Shown here one piece after another: positions 10,523-20,649 of a stretch of 64,000 nt of DNA. The notes below the pieces were generated by a model, which was not told the origin of the DNA, did no database searches, and saw only the letters and a program-made list of their open reading frames with translations. Both the position numbers and the translations under genes were made by a program. Origin of the DNA: Candidatus Accumulibacter proximus. GTDB lineage: Bacteria; Pseudomonadota; Gammaproteobacteria; Burkholderiales; Rhodocyclaceae. The stretch is from assembly GCA_016709675.1 (NCBI GenBank), contig JADJMH010000016.1, positions 94,822 to 158,821 of the forward strand. Reading direction: 5' to 3'. Numbering within the stretch: the stretch's first letter is position 1; each line of letters begins with the position of its first letter.

Positions 10523-11965
10523 ATGAGGATCAACGTGCTCGTGGCACTGCTGGCCACCGGCCTGGCCGGCTGCATGGTCGGACCCGACTACGTGCGCCCC
10601 ACGGTGGAGTCGCCTTCCGCATGGCGTATCGATTATCCAATGGCGGTCGAAGTGGCCAACAGCAAGTGGTGGGAGCAGTTCGGCGACCCGGTGTTGAACG
10701 ATCTGGTAGAGAGCGCGCTGCGCGAGAACCGCGACGTGCGCATCGCAGCGGCGCGAGTCGATCAGTTCATCGGCGCGCTGACCGCCACCCGCTCGCAGTT
10801 GTACCCGCAGATTGGCTATGGCGCCGAGGCCAGCCGGACGCGCGCCAGTCGTGTTGGCCAGCCGCCGCTGCCGCCCGGCGCCGACCCTTATTTTTCACTC
10901 TACCAGGCATCGCTTGGCGCGTCCTGGCAACTCGACCTGTTCGGTCGCGTGCGCCGCCTCAGCGAGGCCGCGCAGGCGCAGGTCTATGCCAGCGAGCAGG
11001 CGCAGCGCGGCGTCGTGCTGTCGCTCGTGACGAGCGTCGCCACCAGCTACATCGCGCTGCGCGCACTCGACCGCCAGCTGGAAATAGCGCAGGCGACGGC
11101 CAGGAACTTCGGCGCCACGGCGCGGCTGTTCGACCTGCGCTTCAAAGCCGGCATCGTGGCCAAGACGGAAGTGATGCAGATCACCTCGCAGTACCAGCAG
11201 GCACTGGCCGCGATTCCGGCCTTCGAGCAGGCGATTGCGGCGCAGGAGAACCTGATCTCGATCCTGCTCGGCCGCAACCCGGGGCCGATCGCGCGAGGCA
11301 AGACCATCGACCAGCTCGTCGCGCCGCTGATCCCGGCCGACCTGCCCTCGACGCTGCTGCAACGCCGGCCCGACATCCTGCAGGCCGAGCAGAACCTCGT
11401 GGCGGCGAATGCCAACGTCGGCGCCACGCGCGCGCTCTACTACCCGACCGTCTCGATCACCGGCCTGCTCGGCAGCGTCAGCACGGCGTTCAGCAGCGTC
11501 TTTACCGGCCCGGCAAGCGCCGGCCTGATCGCTGCCGGCGTCAGCGGCCCGATCTTCACCTTCGGGGGGATCTCGGGCCAGGTCAGCTCGGCGGAGGCGC
11601 AATACGAGCAGGCGCTGCTCTTTTATCAACAGACCATCCTCAGTGCGTTTCGCGAGACCAACGATGCGCTGACCGGGTCGCAGAAGAAGATCGAGGAAGT
11701 CGCAGTGCAGAGCAAGCGAGTGGACGCCTTGCGCGAGTTCGCCCGGCTGTCGAAGCTGCGGTTCGACAAGGGGGTGGCGGCTTATCTCGATGTGCTGGTG
11801 GCCGAGAACGAGTTGTTCGCAGCCGAGCTGGCAGCGGTGCGCCTGCTTGCCGATCGCTACACGCAGCTGGTCAATGTGTACCAGGCGATGGGCGGTGGCT
11901 GGGTGGACATTGCGGGTTCAATGACGCCGACCCCACCGAGCACGCTGACCGCACAAGCGCAGTAG
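10523..11965 (+). CDS. Efflux outer-membrane factor lipoprotein (NodT/OprM family)
   Basis: AGGAGG RBS; lipobox LAGC-MVGPDYVRP; WWEQFGDP.LN.LV; LLQRRPDILQAEQ; YQAMGGGW. Confidence 0.92.
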   Translation: MRINVLVALLATGLAGCMVGPDYVRPTVESPSAWRIDYPMAVEVANSKWWEQFGDPVLNDLVESALRENRDVRIAAARVDQFIGALTATRSQLYPQIGYGAEASRTRASRVGQPPLPPGADPYFSLYQASLGASWQLDLFGRVRRLSEAAQAQVYASEQAQRGVVLSLVTSVATSYIALRALDRQLEIAQATARNFGATARLFDLRFKAGIVAKTEVMQITSQYQQALAAIPAFEQAIAAQENLISILLGRNPGPIARGKTIDQLVAPLIPADLPSTLLQRRPDILQAEQNLVAANANVGATRALYYPTVSITGLLGSVSTAFSSVFTGPASAGLIAAGVSGPIFTFGGISGQVSSAEAQYEQALLFYQQTILSAFRETNDALTGSQKKIEEVAVQSKRVDALREFARLSKLRFDKGVAAYLDVLVAENELFAAELAAVRLLADRYTQLVNVYQAMGGGWVDIAGSMTPTPPSTLTAQAQ

Positions 11966-12046
11966 CGTCAAGGCGCCGTCTGCATGACTGTCCCGCCGAC
12001 AGCGCGTAGGTCGGGACAAGCCTCAAACCAACACTTGTTCAAAGGA

Positions 12047-13330
12047 ATGATATTGACCCACAATCTGCGTAGCGCGCCGCGACGCGCCCTCCCCATCGCG
12101 ACGGCTGCCGCGATGTTCAGCCTGGTTCCGGCTTTCGCGCCGACGATGGCGCGGGCTGACATCAACCTTGTGGCTCCGAGCCGCACCATCGATCCCGCCG
12201 CGCCGTTCAGGCTCTCGCTGATGGTGACCGGTGAGGCCGAATCGCGTTCCTATTCCCTGCCCGAGGTACTTCGCGTCAACCTGACGCCTGACCTGGGTGC
12301 TGTGGCTCGTGTCGAATTGCGTCGCGAGACGCCGGTGCCCGACCAGATCAATCTGCGCCAAGGCGAATTCAGGCGCATCGACTATGTCGGCGAGGTGCCA
12401 CCGAACCTGCGCGGCAGGGTTCGCGTTGACGCCATCGACATGGACGCTCCGGCCATGTTGGTGCAGATGTCCACGCCAAGGGAACCAGCAGCGGCAGAAC
12501 CGCTCCTGCCGCCAGCCAGCGGCGGTGAACGCATTGCGCAGGCCGACGAGGCAGCGACGACCGACCGCGTGCCGGTCACGATTCTCAGCGTGCGCTCCGA
12601 CAACGATCCCAACCGACAGGATGAAGGCCGCCTGTCCTTTCACGAACCCATGTTCTTCATTGCCGGCGCCGGCAGCGATGCCAACGCACAGGCTCAGTTG
12701 AGCTTCAAGCTGCGCCTCTACGAACCGGCCGACAAGAACTCGCGCCGTTTCTTCGACAACCTGTACTTCGCCTACACGCAGGCGGCGTTCTGGGATCTCA
12801 CTGCGGATTCGAAGCCCTTCCTCGACACCAACTACATCCCCAGCTTCTTCTACTACGTCCCCAACACCGACTGGCGCGTCGGCGGCAATGCGGTCGGCAT
12901 CGCGGCTGGTTACGAGCACGAATCCAACGGCAAGGACGATATCGACTCACGCAGCATCGACACCCTGTTCGTCCGACCGTACTTCGCCTTCGGCGACACG
13001 CGCGATTTCCACTGGACGTTCTCGCCCAAGATCTATGCCTACATCGAAAAGAGCGAGAACCCCGATATCCAGAAGTACCGTGGCTACGGCGACTTCCGCT
13101 TTACCTACGGCAAGAACGACGACTGGCAAGCGGCATGGATCCTGCGCAAGGGAACCAAGTCGAGTGCGTTCAGCTCCGACCTGCAATTCACCTACCCGCT
13201 CAACAAGCTGGTACCCGGCCTGTCCGGCTACCTGATGGCGCAGTATTTCACCGGCTACGGCGAGTTCCTGCTCGACTACAACCAGCGCGAGCCGTGGAGC
13301 GTGCGCATTGGCTACGCCATATCGCGCTGA
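12047..13330 (+). CDS. Outer-membrane phospholipase A (OMPLA/PLA1 family) with extra N-terminal domain
   Basis: LYFAYTQ...WD....SKPF.DTNY.P, catalytic HESNG, QYFTGYGE.LLDYN, C-terminal beta-strand. Start approximate. Confidence 0.85.
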   Translation: MILTHNLRSAPRRALPIATAAAMFSLVPAFAPTMARADINLVAPSRTIDPAAPFRLSLMVTGEAESRSYSLPEVLRVNLTPDLGAVARVELRRETPVPDQINLRQGEFRRIDYVGEVPPNLRGRVRVDAIDMDAPAMLVQMSTPREPAAAEPLLPPASGGERIAQADEAATTDRVPVTILSVRSDNDPNRQDEGRLSFHEPMFFIAGAGSDANAQAQLSFKLRLYEPADKNSRRFFDNLYFAYTQAAFWDLTADSKPFLDTNYIPSFFYYVPNTDWRVGGNAVGIAAGYEHESNGKDDIDSRSIDTLFVRPYFAFGDTRDFHWTFSPKIYAYIEKSENPDIQKYRGYGDFRFTYGKNDDWQAAWILRKGTKSSAFSSDLQFTYPLNKLVPGLSGYLMAQYFTGYGEFLLDYNQREPWSVRIGYAISR

Positions 13331-13425
13331 CGAGGGCGAGCCACTGCGGCAAGAGCAGACCGCTGCAACGCAGGGCATTGCGGCGGTTTGCGTCGATCAG
13401 CAGCACACCGGAAGAAGCACTCGGA

Positions 13426-13839
13426 TCAGCGGTTGGCCATGGCCGCATCGCGCTTGGCCTTTGCGGCGGCCATGGCGTCACGGCGGGTTTCGGTAATGGC
13501 CTTCATCTTGGCGTCGAAGTCGGGCTTGGTGGCCTGCATGGCCTGCCCCCTGGCAACGCGCCCGGCGACCACCGGGTCCTTGCCGCTCGCCTTGGCTTCG
13601 GCCACGGCTTTGTCCACAGCCGCCTTGACAGTGGCAGCGCGTTCAGCACGGATGGGTTTGGCGGCTTCGTTGAACGCATTCCGTGCAGCGCGCTGCTCGT
13701 TGCGCATCACCACGATGGGGTCGCTACTGGCCGTCGCAGCAGCTTTGGCTGGGGCAGGGGTGGCTGGTGAAGTCTGGGCATGCACAAGCCCACCCATCAG
13801 GGCAAGAGACAAGGCGGAGGCGACGATCAAATTTTTCAT
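13426..13839 (-). CDS. Small secreted Ala/Lys-rich helical protein, unknown function
   Basis: Signal peptide MKNLIVASALSLALMGGLVHA followed by an Ala/Lys-rich coil. Confidence 0.7.
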   Translation of the reverse strand: MKNLIVASALSLALMGGLVHAQTSPATPAPAKAAATASSDPIVVMRNEQRAARNAFNEAAKPIRAERAATVKAAVDKAVAEAKASGKDPVVAGRVARGQAMQATKPDFDAKMKAITETRRDAMAAAKAKRDAAMANR

Positions 13840-14097
13840 GGCCGGTCTTTCAAGGAATGTAAGGGTGGCGGGACAGGACATCCGACGGCACCATCTGGAG
13901 TCTACGGGCCCGCATCATGCAGCGTCGTGCCCGAGTCTAGGCCAGGCAGCTTGCCATAGTCAAGCAAGAAGGCGAATTGCAGCCATCGCCAACTGTCGAC
14001 CCGCTGAAATGAAATGAAGTTCGATTACGTTACAATTCAAGACCGGAACATGGGGTTCCGCTTGCCGTGTTGAACCAGAATATAGGAGAAGTTTTTC

Positions 14098-14601
14098 ATG
14101 AGCGACCTGATAGTCATAGGCTACGACGATAAGTTCAAGGCCGAAGAAATGCGCACCCAATTGCTCAAACTGCAGAAGGAATATCTGATCGATCTGGAGG
14201 ACGCCGTGGTCGCCGTCAAGGACGATTCCGGCAAGGTCAAGCTGCATCAAACCTTCAATGTCACCGCTGCGGGCGCACTGAGCGGTGGCTTCTGGGGGAC
14301 CCTGATCGGCCTGATCTTCCTGAACCCGCTGATCGGTCTGGCGGCAGGCGCCGGTGCCGGCGCGCTGAGCGGCGCGCTCACCGATGTCGGCATCAACGAC
14401 GATTTCATGAAGGATCTCGCCGCGACCTTCAAGAACGGCAGCTCACTGCTCTTCGTGCTGGTTCGCAAATCGACGCCTGATAAGGTGCTGGCCGAGATTC
14501 AGGGCAGCGGCGGCAAGGTGATCAAGACCTCGCTGACGCACGAGCAGGAACAGAAGCTGCAGGCGGCGCTCGATGCGAGCAAGACCCCGGAGGCCGGCTG
14601 A
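14098..14601 (+). CDS. DUF1269 family membrane protein
   Basis: MSDLIVIGY, IDLEDAVV, GALSGGFWGTLIGLIF, DVGINDDF, TPDKV; AGGAG RBS. Confidence 0.9.
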   Translation: MSDLIVIGYDDKFKAEEMRTQLLKLQKEYLIDLEDAVVAVKDDSGKVKLHQTFNVTAAGALSGGFWGTLIGLIFLNPLIGLAAGAGAGALSGALTDVGINDDFMKDLAATFKNGSSLLFVLVRKSTPDKVLAEIQGSGGKVIKTSLTHEQEQKLQAALDASKTPEAG

Positions 14602-14667
14602 GGCAAACTGAGATGTGCGTGCGAGCGCACCCCGATGCACCGGCGGGGGGCTTCGACCAGGCCGGTC

Positions 14668-15590
14668 GTGAAGATCAGGACAAGCACAATCGTCACGCTC
14701 GCCGCCGCGATGCTGACTGCCTTCGCTGCACAGGCCGCCACCGTCTCCACAGGCGACGTGATCCAGGGAAAACGCGTCATCAGCCACCTCGACGTCGCCG
14801 ACCTGGAGCCGGGAAGGAAGCACAGTTTCTACTTCCAGGGCGCGCAGATGGCCACCGGCCAGCACTGGTACGTGCCGGTGGTGGTGGCCAAGGGGGAGAT
14901 CCCCGGCAAGCGCATCCTGCTCATCAGCGGCGTGCACGGCGACGATGCCGGCGGCAACGCGCCGACGCGCCATGCGGGCCTGGTGTTCAACCGGCTGTTC
15001 AAGCCCAATGCCGATTACGTGCTGGACAACCACACCAGCACCACGGGCACCCACATCACGGCCTCCATCTTTGCCAAGATGGGTCGGCCCGAGATCCGCG
15101 CGATGGCCGAATTGTTTCCAATCGAGCAGATCTGGAATAACCCGGGATATCCCGGCACGCTGGAGACCGCGCTGGTCGATGCCGGCATCCCGGCGCTGCC
15201 CACCGAGGTTGGCGCCGCACGGTCATTTGACCGGCGCATGATCCCGCTGTTCGTCGAAGGTTCGATGAACGTGCTCAAGCGGCACGGAGTAGTCGCCGGT
15301 CCGATGGGCCGCACATCGAAGGAGGCGGGGTACCTTTACCGGCAACGCGGTGCGCCCGGTGCGGGCAACGCACGATGGCTACCTGGAGCTGAAGGTCGAG
15401 CTGCGCAGCAAGGTGGTGCCAGGCCAGGTCGTCGCAATCCAGCACAACTCTTTCGGTGAAGTGGTGCGCGAATACAAGACGGAGGTGGCCGGCGAGGTGT
15501 TAGCCCTGTAGAGCGACGCGCTGATCGAGCCGGGCTGGAAAGTAGTCACGATCCTATACCGCGATCCAGGAAAGTTGCCCCACGGGATGA
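14668..15590 (+). pseudogene. Secreted succinylglutamate desuccinylase/aspartoacylase (M14) family, internally deleted and frameshifted
   Basis: ISGVHGD and ADYVLD.H zinc motifs are abnormally close together; frameshift near 15335; in-frame TAG at 15508 in the C-terminal part. End approximate. Confidence 0.7.
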
Positions 15591-15718
15591 GTGCGCAAGA
15601 TGCCATTTCAGTTTGTGAAGTGGCGAAAGGCTGTAGTAGAGTGCACCGCGAATTATCCAGTCAAGGGAACAGATCAAGCTGTTTCCCCTTCTCACCCTGA
15701 TATGAAATCGAGGACTCA

Positions 15719-16581
15719 ATGATCAAGACTCTTCTTGCGGCACTCATCGTCACCACAACGCTGATCGGCGGCACCGCCACGGCGCAGACCGGTTCGGGAA
15801 CACTCGGCAAGATCAAGTCGGCGAAGGTCATCAACGTCGCCTATTCCCCCGATTCCCTGCCGTTCTCTTTTGTCGGAGCGAAAAGGAGCCGGCCGGGTAT
15901 TCGATCGATCTGTGCAAACGCGTCATTGCGCAGATTGCGCGTGCGGTTGGCGACGCAAACCTGAAGGTGAACTGGATTGCCGGCTCTGTCAGCGAACGCC
16001 TGCAGATGGTCGCCAAGGGGCGCGCTGATCTCGAATGCGCCAATACAACGCAGACGCAGTCGCGTCTGGCCAATGTCGATTTTTCCAATCTCATCTTCAT
16101 CGATGGTGGCGGGCTGCTCGTCAAGGCCGGATCGCCGGTCAATCAGTTCACCGACCTGGCTGGAAAGCGGGTCGCGGTGCTCAAGGGAACGACCAACGAG
16201 ACGCGACTCAATGACTTGCTGCGCCTGTTCCAGATCAGCGCCACGGTAGTGACCGTCGGAGATGCCAATGCCGGCCTGGCGATGCTTGAGGGTGGCAGCG
16301 TTGACGCCTATGCCGGCGACAAGGTCAAACTCGTAGGCTTGGCCGTACAGGCGAAGGAAGCCGCCAAGCTCGCCCTGGTAGCGGAAGATCTGTCGATCGA
16401 ACCCTACGCGATGGCCCTGCCACGCAATGATTCGGCTTTCCGCCTCGAGGTCAACAAGGCGCTGACGCAGGTCTACATGGGCGGCGACATTGAACAGATT
16501 TTCACCCAATGGCTGGGCAAGCTCGGGCGGCCGACCGGCTTGCTGGCGGCCATGTTCCTGCTGAATTCGATTCCCAACTGA
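15719..16581 (+). CDS. Polar amino acid ABC transporter substrate-binding protein (GltI-like), frameshifted at A-run 15881-15884
   Basis: SLPFSF, then GYSIDLCKRV in the next frame; DLECANTTQT.SR; LSIEPYAMALPRND..FR..VN. Adding one A restores the frame. Confidence 0.85.
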
Positions 16582-16608
16582 AAAATCCGTCAATCTGTAG
16601 TGGAGAGA

Positions 16609-17064
16609 ATGAAAATGACCAAGCTTTCGGGATGGCAGCGTTTTGCCGCTGTATTGAGTGCAGGCTTTGCGTTGCTGCTGGCCGGCTGCGAGACAACGCC
16701 GGCGTTCCAGGTTGCCCAACCGGCGTCGCGTGACGGTACGGTCGAGTCGATCGTGCAGGACACGGTGCAGCGGGGTAACGCCGCCGCCGCTACCATCGGC
16801 GGTGCGGTGATCGGCGGCTTGCTTGGCAATCAGATCGGTGGTGGCTCGGGCCAGACCGCGGCCACCATCGTCGGCGCAGGTGGTGGTGCCTTCGTCGGTA
16901 ATCAGGCCGCACAGCGCCAGACCCTCGTCTGGCGCATCGGAGTGCGTTACGACGATGGCTCCCTGGCGACGATCCAGCAAACTACTGCGCCGGCCGTGCG
17001 CATCGGCGACCGTGTCCGTGTCACGGGGAGCGGCATTGAATTGCTCAGGCAGGGTCCCAACTGA
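16609..17064 (+). CDS. Glycine-zipper 2TM outer-membrane lipoprotein (SlyB-like)
   Basis: Lipobox LAGC; GGAVIGGLLGNQIGGGSG; RIGDRVRV. Confidence 0.85.
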   Translation: MKMTKLSGWQRFAAVLSAGFALLLAGCETTPAFQVAQPASRDGTVESIVQDTVQRGNAAAATIGGAVIGGLLGNQIGGGSGQTAATIVGAGGGAFVGNQAAQRQTLVWRIGVRYDDGSLATIQQTTAPAVRIGDRVRVTGSGIELLRQGPN

Positions 17065-17094
17065 GGATTCCCTTCCCGCTGCGACAGGACCGAC

Positions 17095-18330
17095 ATGACT
17101 CCGTTCCAGATCAAGCGACGGCGCCTGCTGGTGGGCGCTGGCATCGCAGCCTGCGGGCAGCTCGCGGGCTGTGATCTCTCGTTGCGCGACGGGGTGTTCA
17201 ATGCCTGCCTTGCCGAACTGCCGGCCGACCTGAGTGCGCATCCCCTCCTTGCCGCCGCGTGGAACGGGCTCGACGCTGGCAAAGTCTGGGACACCCATTG
17301 CCATGTGTTCGGCAATGGCGATTCCGGCAGCGGCCTGTGGTTCAATCCGCGCATGGAGCAGATCTGGTATCCGCGTGGCTACGTGCAGCGCGCGTTCTAC
17401 GTCAATGCCTCCTGCGTCGACGATTCGCCAGGCAAGGTCGACACGAGTTTCGTCGAGCGCCTGCTGGCGCAATGCCGGAGAATGGCTCCCGGTTTCCACG
17501 TGCTTCTCTTCGGTTTCGACTGGGCGCGCGATGAGGCCGGGGTACCGCTGGCGGATCGCTCGACCCTCTATGTGCCGGACGACTACGTGGCCGGTCTGGC
17601 TTTCAGCCATCCTGCGCATTTCGCGTGGGTGGCGTCGATCCATCCTTATGACCCGCGCGCGCTCGACCGGCTCGACGCCGCGGCGGCGCGCGGCGCGCGA
17701 GCCATCAAGTGGCTGCCCTCGGCGCAGAACATCGACCCTGCAGACGCACGCTGCGATCGCTTCTACGCCAAACTCGTCGCGCTGCGCATGCCGCTCATCA
17801 CGCACGCCGGTGACGAGCGTGCGGTGCATGGCTTCGGCGAGCACCTGGGTAACCCGCTGCGCCTGCGGCGGCCGCTCGACGCCGGGGTACGGGTGGTGGT
17901 CGCGCACTGTGCGTCGCTGGGTGACGGGCACATCGACGATCTGCGCTCGGCGAAACTCAGCAACTTCGAGCTGTTCGGGCAACTGATGGACGATGCGCGC
18001 TATCGCGCCAACCTGTTCGGCGATATCTCGGCCATTACGCAAGGCAACCGGATGGGCGTGGTCGCCACACTGCTGGAGCGTCGCGATTGGCACGACCGCC
18101 TGCTGAACGGCTCGGACTATCCCTTGCCCGGCGTCGTGCCCCTGATATCCCTGAAGGCGCTGGTCGATTGGCAGCTGCTCGATGCGAGCACCGTCGAGCC
18201 CTTACGCCGGCTGCGCGACATCAACGTTCTGCTCTACGATTTCGTGCTGAAACGCAGCCTGACCAAGGATGGCCAGAACTTCGCGAAGCCGGTATTCGAA
18301 ACCGCGCCCTTCTTCCGCCGGCCGGCTTGA
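17095..18330 (+). CDS. Amidohydrolase_2 family metal-dependent hydrolase, exported
   Basis: RRR leader and LAGC; DTHCH, ASIHPY, THAGDE, VVVAHCAS, NGSDYP. Confidence 0.85.
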   Translation: MTPFQIKRRRLLVGAGIAACGQLAGCDLSLRDGVFNACLAELPADLSAHPLLAAAWNGLDAGKVWDTHCHVFGNGDSGSGLWFNPRMEQIWYPRGYVQRAFYVNASCVDDSPGKVDTSFVERLLAQCRRMAPGFHVLLFGFDWARDEAGVPLADRSTLYVPDDYVAGLAFSHPAHFAWVASIHPYDPRALDRLDAAAARGARAIKWLPSAQNIDPADARCDRFYAKLVALRMPLITHAGDERAVHGFGEHLGNPLRLRRPLDAGVRVVVAHCASLGDGHIDDLRSAKLSNFELFGQLMDDARYRANLFGDISAITQGNRMGVVATLLERRDWHDRLLNGSDYPLPGVVPLISLKALVDWQLLDASTVEPLRRLRDINVLLYDFVLKRSLTKDGQNFAKPVFETAPFFRRPA

Positions 18331-18342
18331 TTGGGGAACCAC

Positions 18343-18411
18343 CTGACCTGCGCCAAAAGCGGCACGCTCTACACCGGCGTCACCGCCAACCTGATCAACT
18401 GTGCATGGGTG
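18343..18411 (+). pseudogene. Tiny remnant of a GIY-YIG (YhbQ/UPF0213-like) nuclease
   Basis: Translates LTCAKSGTLYTGVTANLINCAW, matching the family pattern L....NGTLYTGVT.NL..RVW. Confidence 0.55.
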
Positions 18412-18551
18412 AGTCCGCAGGGCAGGGGGGTTGCACCGTTTTCCCTGTAGGAGAAGGGCAGGGATGAAGGCGGTGAATATTCGCATCATGCTTGACGGTG
18501 CCTTTTGAGGTTTATGGATTATTTGTCTCTTGGAGCGAGGCAAGAGCGTCG

Positions 18552-19806
18552 ATGACACCGATGACACCGTTTCAACCACTCGCCTGGCTAGCGCACTGCG
18601 TGCTGCTGGTCCTGACGCTGGCGCTCGCCGGCTGCGGTTCGCTGCCGCGCAATGGCGTACCTGTCAATTTGATGGTCGACGCCGTCATTCCGGGCCTGCC
18701 GGACGTGCGTGCGCCAGCCGGTCGCCCAAGCCCGGTCATGGAGCGCGACATGGCGAGATCCTTTGCCCAGGAGTCGGCCGGCGACTTCCCGGCGATGGCG
18801 GAGGGTATCGTGCTCCATCCACACCTGGCGCTGTCGGGTGGAGGCGCCAACGGAGCGTTCGGTGCGGGCTTTCTGGACGGCTGGTCGAGCACCGGCAAGC
18901 GCCCGATCTTCAAGGTGGTCACCGGCGTATCGACCGGCGCGCTGATGGCACCGTTCGCCTTTCTTGGGCAATCCAGGGATGAGGCGCTGCGCGAGTTCTA
19001 TACCACCACGCGCTCACACGATATTTTCACGCTCGGGGACTTCCTGTCGACCGTCCGGCAATTGTTGTTCGGCGAAAGCATCGCCGACACGGGACCGCTC
19101 ATCAGGCTGATCGAGCGGCACATCGACGAGGCCTTCCTGCACGAGATTGCGCTGGCACATCAGAGCGGTCGGCGCCTCTACATCGGCAGTGTCGATCTGG
19201 ATTCGCAGCGCTTGGTCATCTGGAACATGGGGCTGATCGCCACCAGCGGCCATCCCGATGCGCTGCCACTCTTCCGCAGGGTCATGCTGGCATCGGCCGC
19301 CATTCCCATTGCCTTTTCGCCGGTATTCTTCGAAGTTGAAGCCGGCGGTCGCCGCTATGACGAAATGCATGTCGATGGCGGTGTGGCCCCAGGTGTTCTA
19401 TACCGGCGGGTTGTTCAGCGCGCGCGAGCTGCGTCAGAAGGCCGGTCGCGGCACGACGCGCGAGGACATCTATGTGATCCACAACGGCCAACTGGCTGCG
19501 GATACCGCGACCACGCGCCGCTCGATTCCGGACATTGCGCGACGCACCTTCAAGGCCGCAGGCAGGGCAGCTGTCGTCGGCGACCTCTTTCGCATCTACG
19601 CGCTGGCGCTGCGCGAAAACTCCGGGTATCACTGGATCACCATTCCCGAAGGCATCAACCTCGCTGGCAACGAAACGTTCGATCCGGTAGTGATGCAGCA
19701 GCTTTACGATATCGGTTACGAGATTGCACGCGCCGGACCGCCCTGGAACATCTTGCCGCCTGGCGTGCGCGGCGAAGCGGGCGAGATGGTAGTCGGTGCG
19801 GACTAG
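18552..19806 (+). CDS. Patatin-like phospholipase lipoprotein, frameshifted near 19388
   Basis: LAGC lipobox, LALSGGGANGAFGAG, GVSTG, HVDGG. The C-terminal part is in ORF 19258..19806; the shift is in a C run. Confidence 0.85.
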
Positions 19807-19864
19807 ACTGCGTGTCGCAGCCCTCGTCGTGCGCCTTGCAAAGCCGGGCCTGTTGCCACATGGC

Positions 19865-20110
19865 ATGAAATCGCCGCTTGGCCACTTCGACGCCGCCTAC
19901 CACTGGCTGCGCCGGCACTTTCCGGCCCAGGTCGACGTGTGGCACCTGCGCCACCGCTGGCCGGGCGAGCGCGCCCGGCTGCAGGACGAACTGCGCAGCC
20001 ACGGCCAGTTGCGCCGCGCGCTGCGCACGCTGAACCGGACCTTCGAGGAGCTGAAACTCGCCCAGGCCCGCGACAAGACCTTCATCGCTTGCGTCGAGCG
20101 GGGATTCGGT
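19865..20110 (+). pseudogene. Reverse transcriptase remnant with large internal deletion
   Basis: N-terminal piece (DAAYHWL...VDVWHLRHRW...L) is joined directly to an RT motif 6-7-like piece (LRRALRTLN.TF.ELKL....DKTFI..VERGF). The catalytic YxDD region is absent. Confidence 0.6.
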
Positions 20111-20544
20111 TTATCAGCGTCAACCAGACGCCCGCCGATCGCCGGCTGGTCGTCCTTGCCGCCGAGCGCGTCCGCGATGCCGGCTCGGGTCGGCTGATCG
20201 GCGATATCGAGGGCGAACTGCGTGCGCGATCAAAGGACGAACTCGAGCATCCCGCGCCAAGCGGCTTGCTGGGCGGAGCGAGGACGCTGCTCACGCGTGG
20301 CATGAGCCCGCAGGCGGCGATTCGTCGCCGCATCGCGGCGGCCGAAGCGCTCGGCAAGATTGGCGGCAACCGCTTCTGGAGCCTGCCGCACGGCGAGCCC
20401 GAGTGGGTCGACATACCGGCCGGAGAATTCACGATGGGGGAGGGCAGCGAAGCGCACCGCGTGTTGCTTCCTGCGTACGCCATCGCGCGGCTGCCGGTCA
20501 CCAACGCGCAGGACGTAGCGGTAGCGCCGTGCCAGTTCCTGTAG
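20110..20544 (+). pseudogene. Fragment of NACHT-associated / FGE-sulfatase (SUMF1) domain protein
   Basis: [41 protein letters not shown], then truncated. Confidence 0.7.
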
Positions 20545-20649
20545 GCGATCGATCGCGCGATGCGTTCCCTTGCCCTTGCGGCTAGCATTTCCGGAATGCG
20601 TTCGGCACGGGAGTACCGTCGCACCGCTACGCAACCAGAAGCAGTGGGG

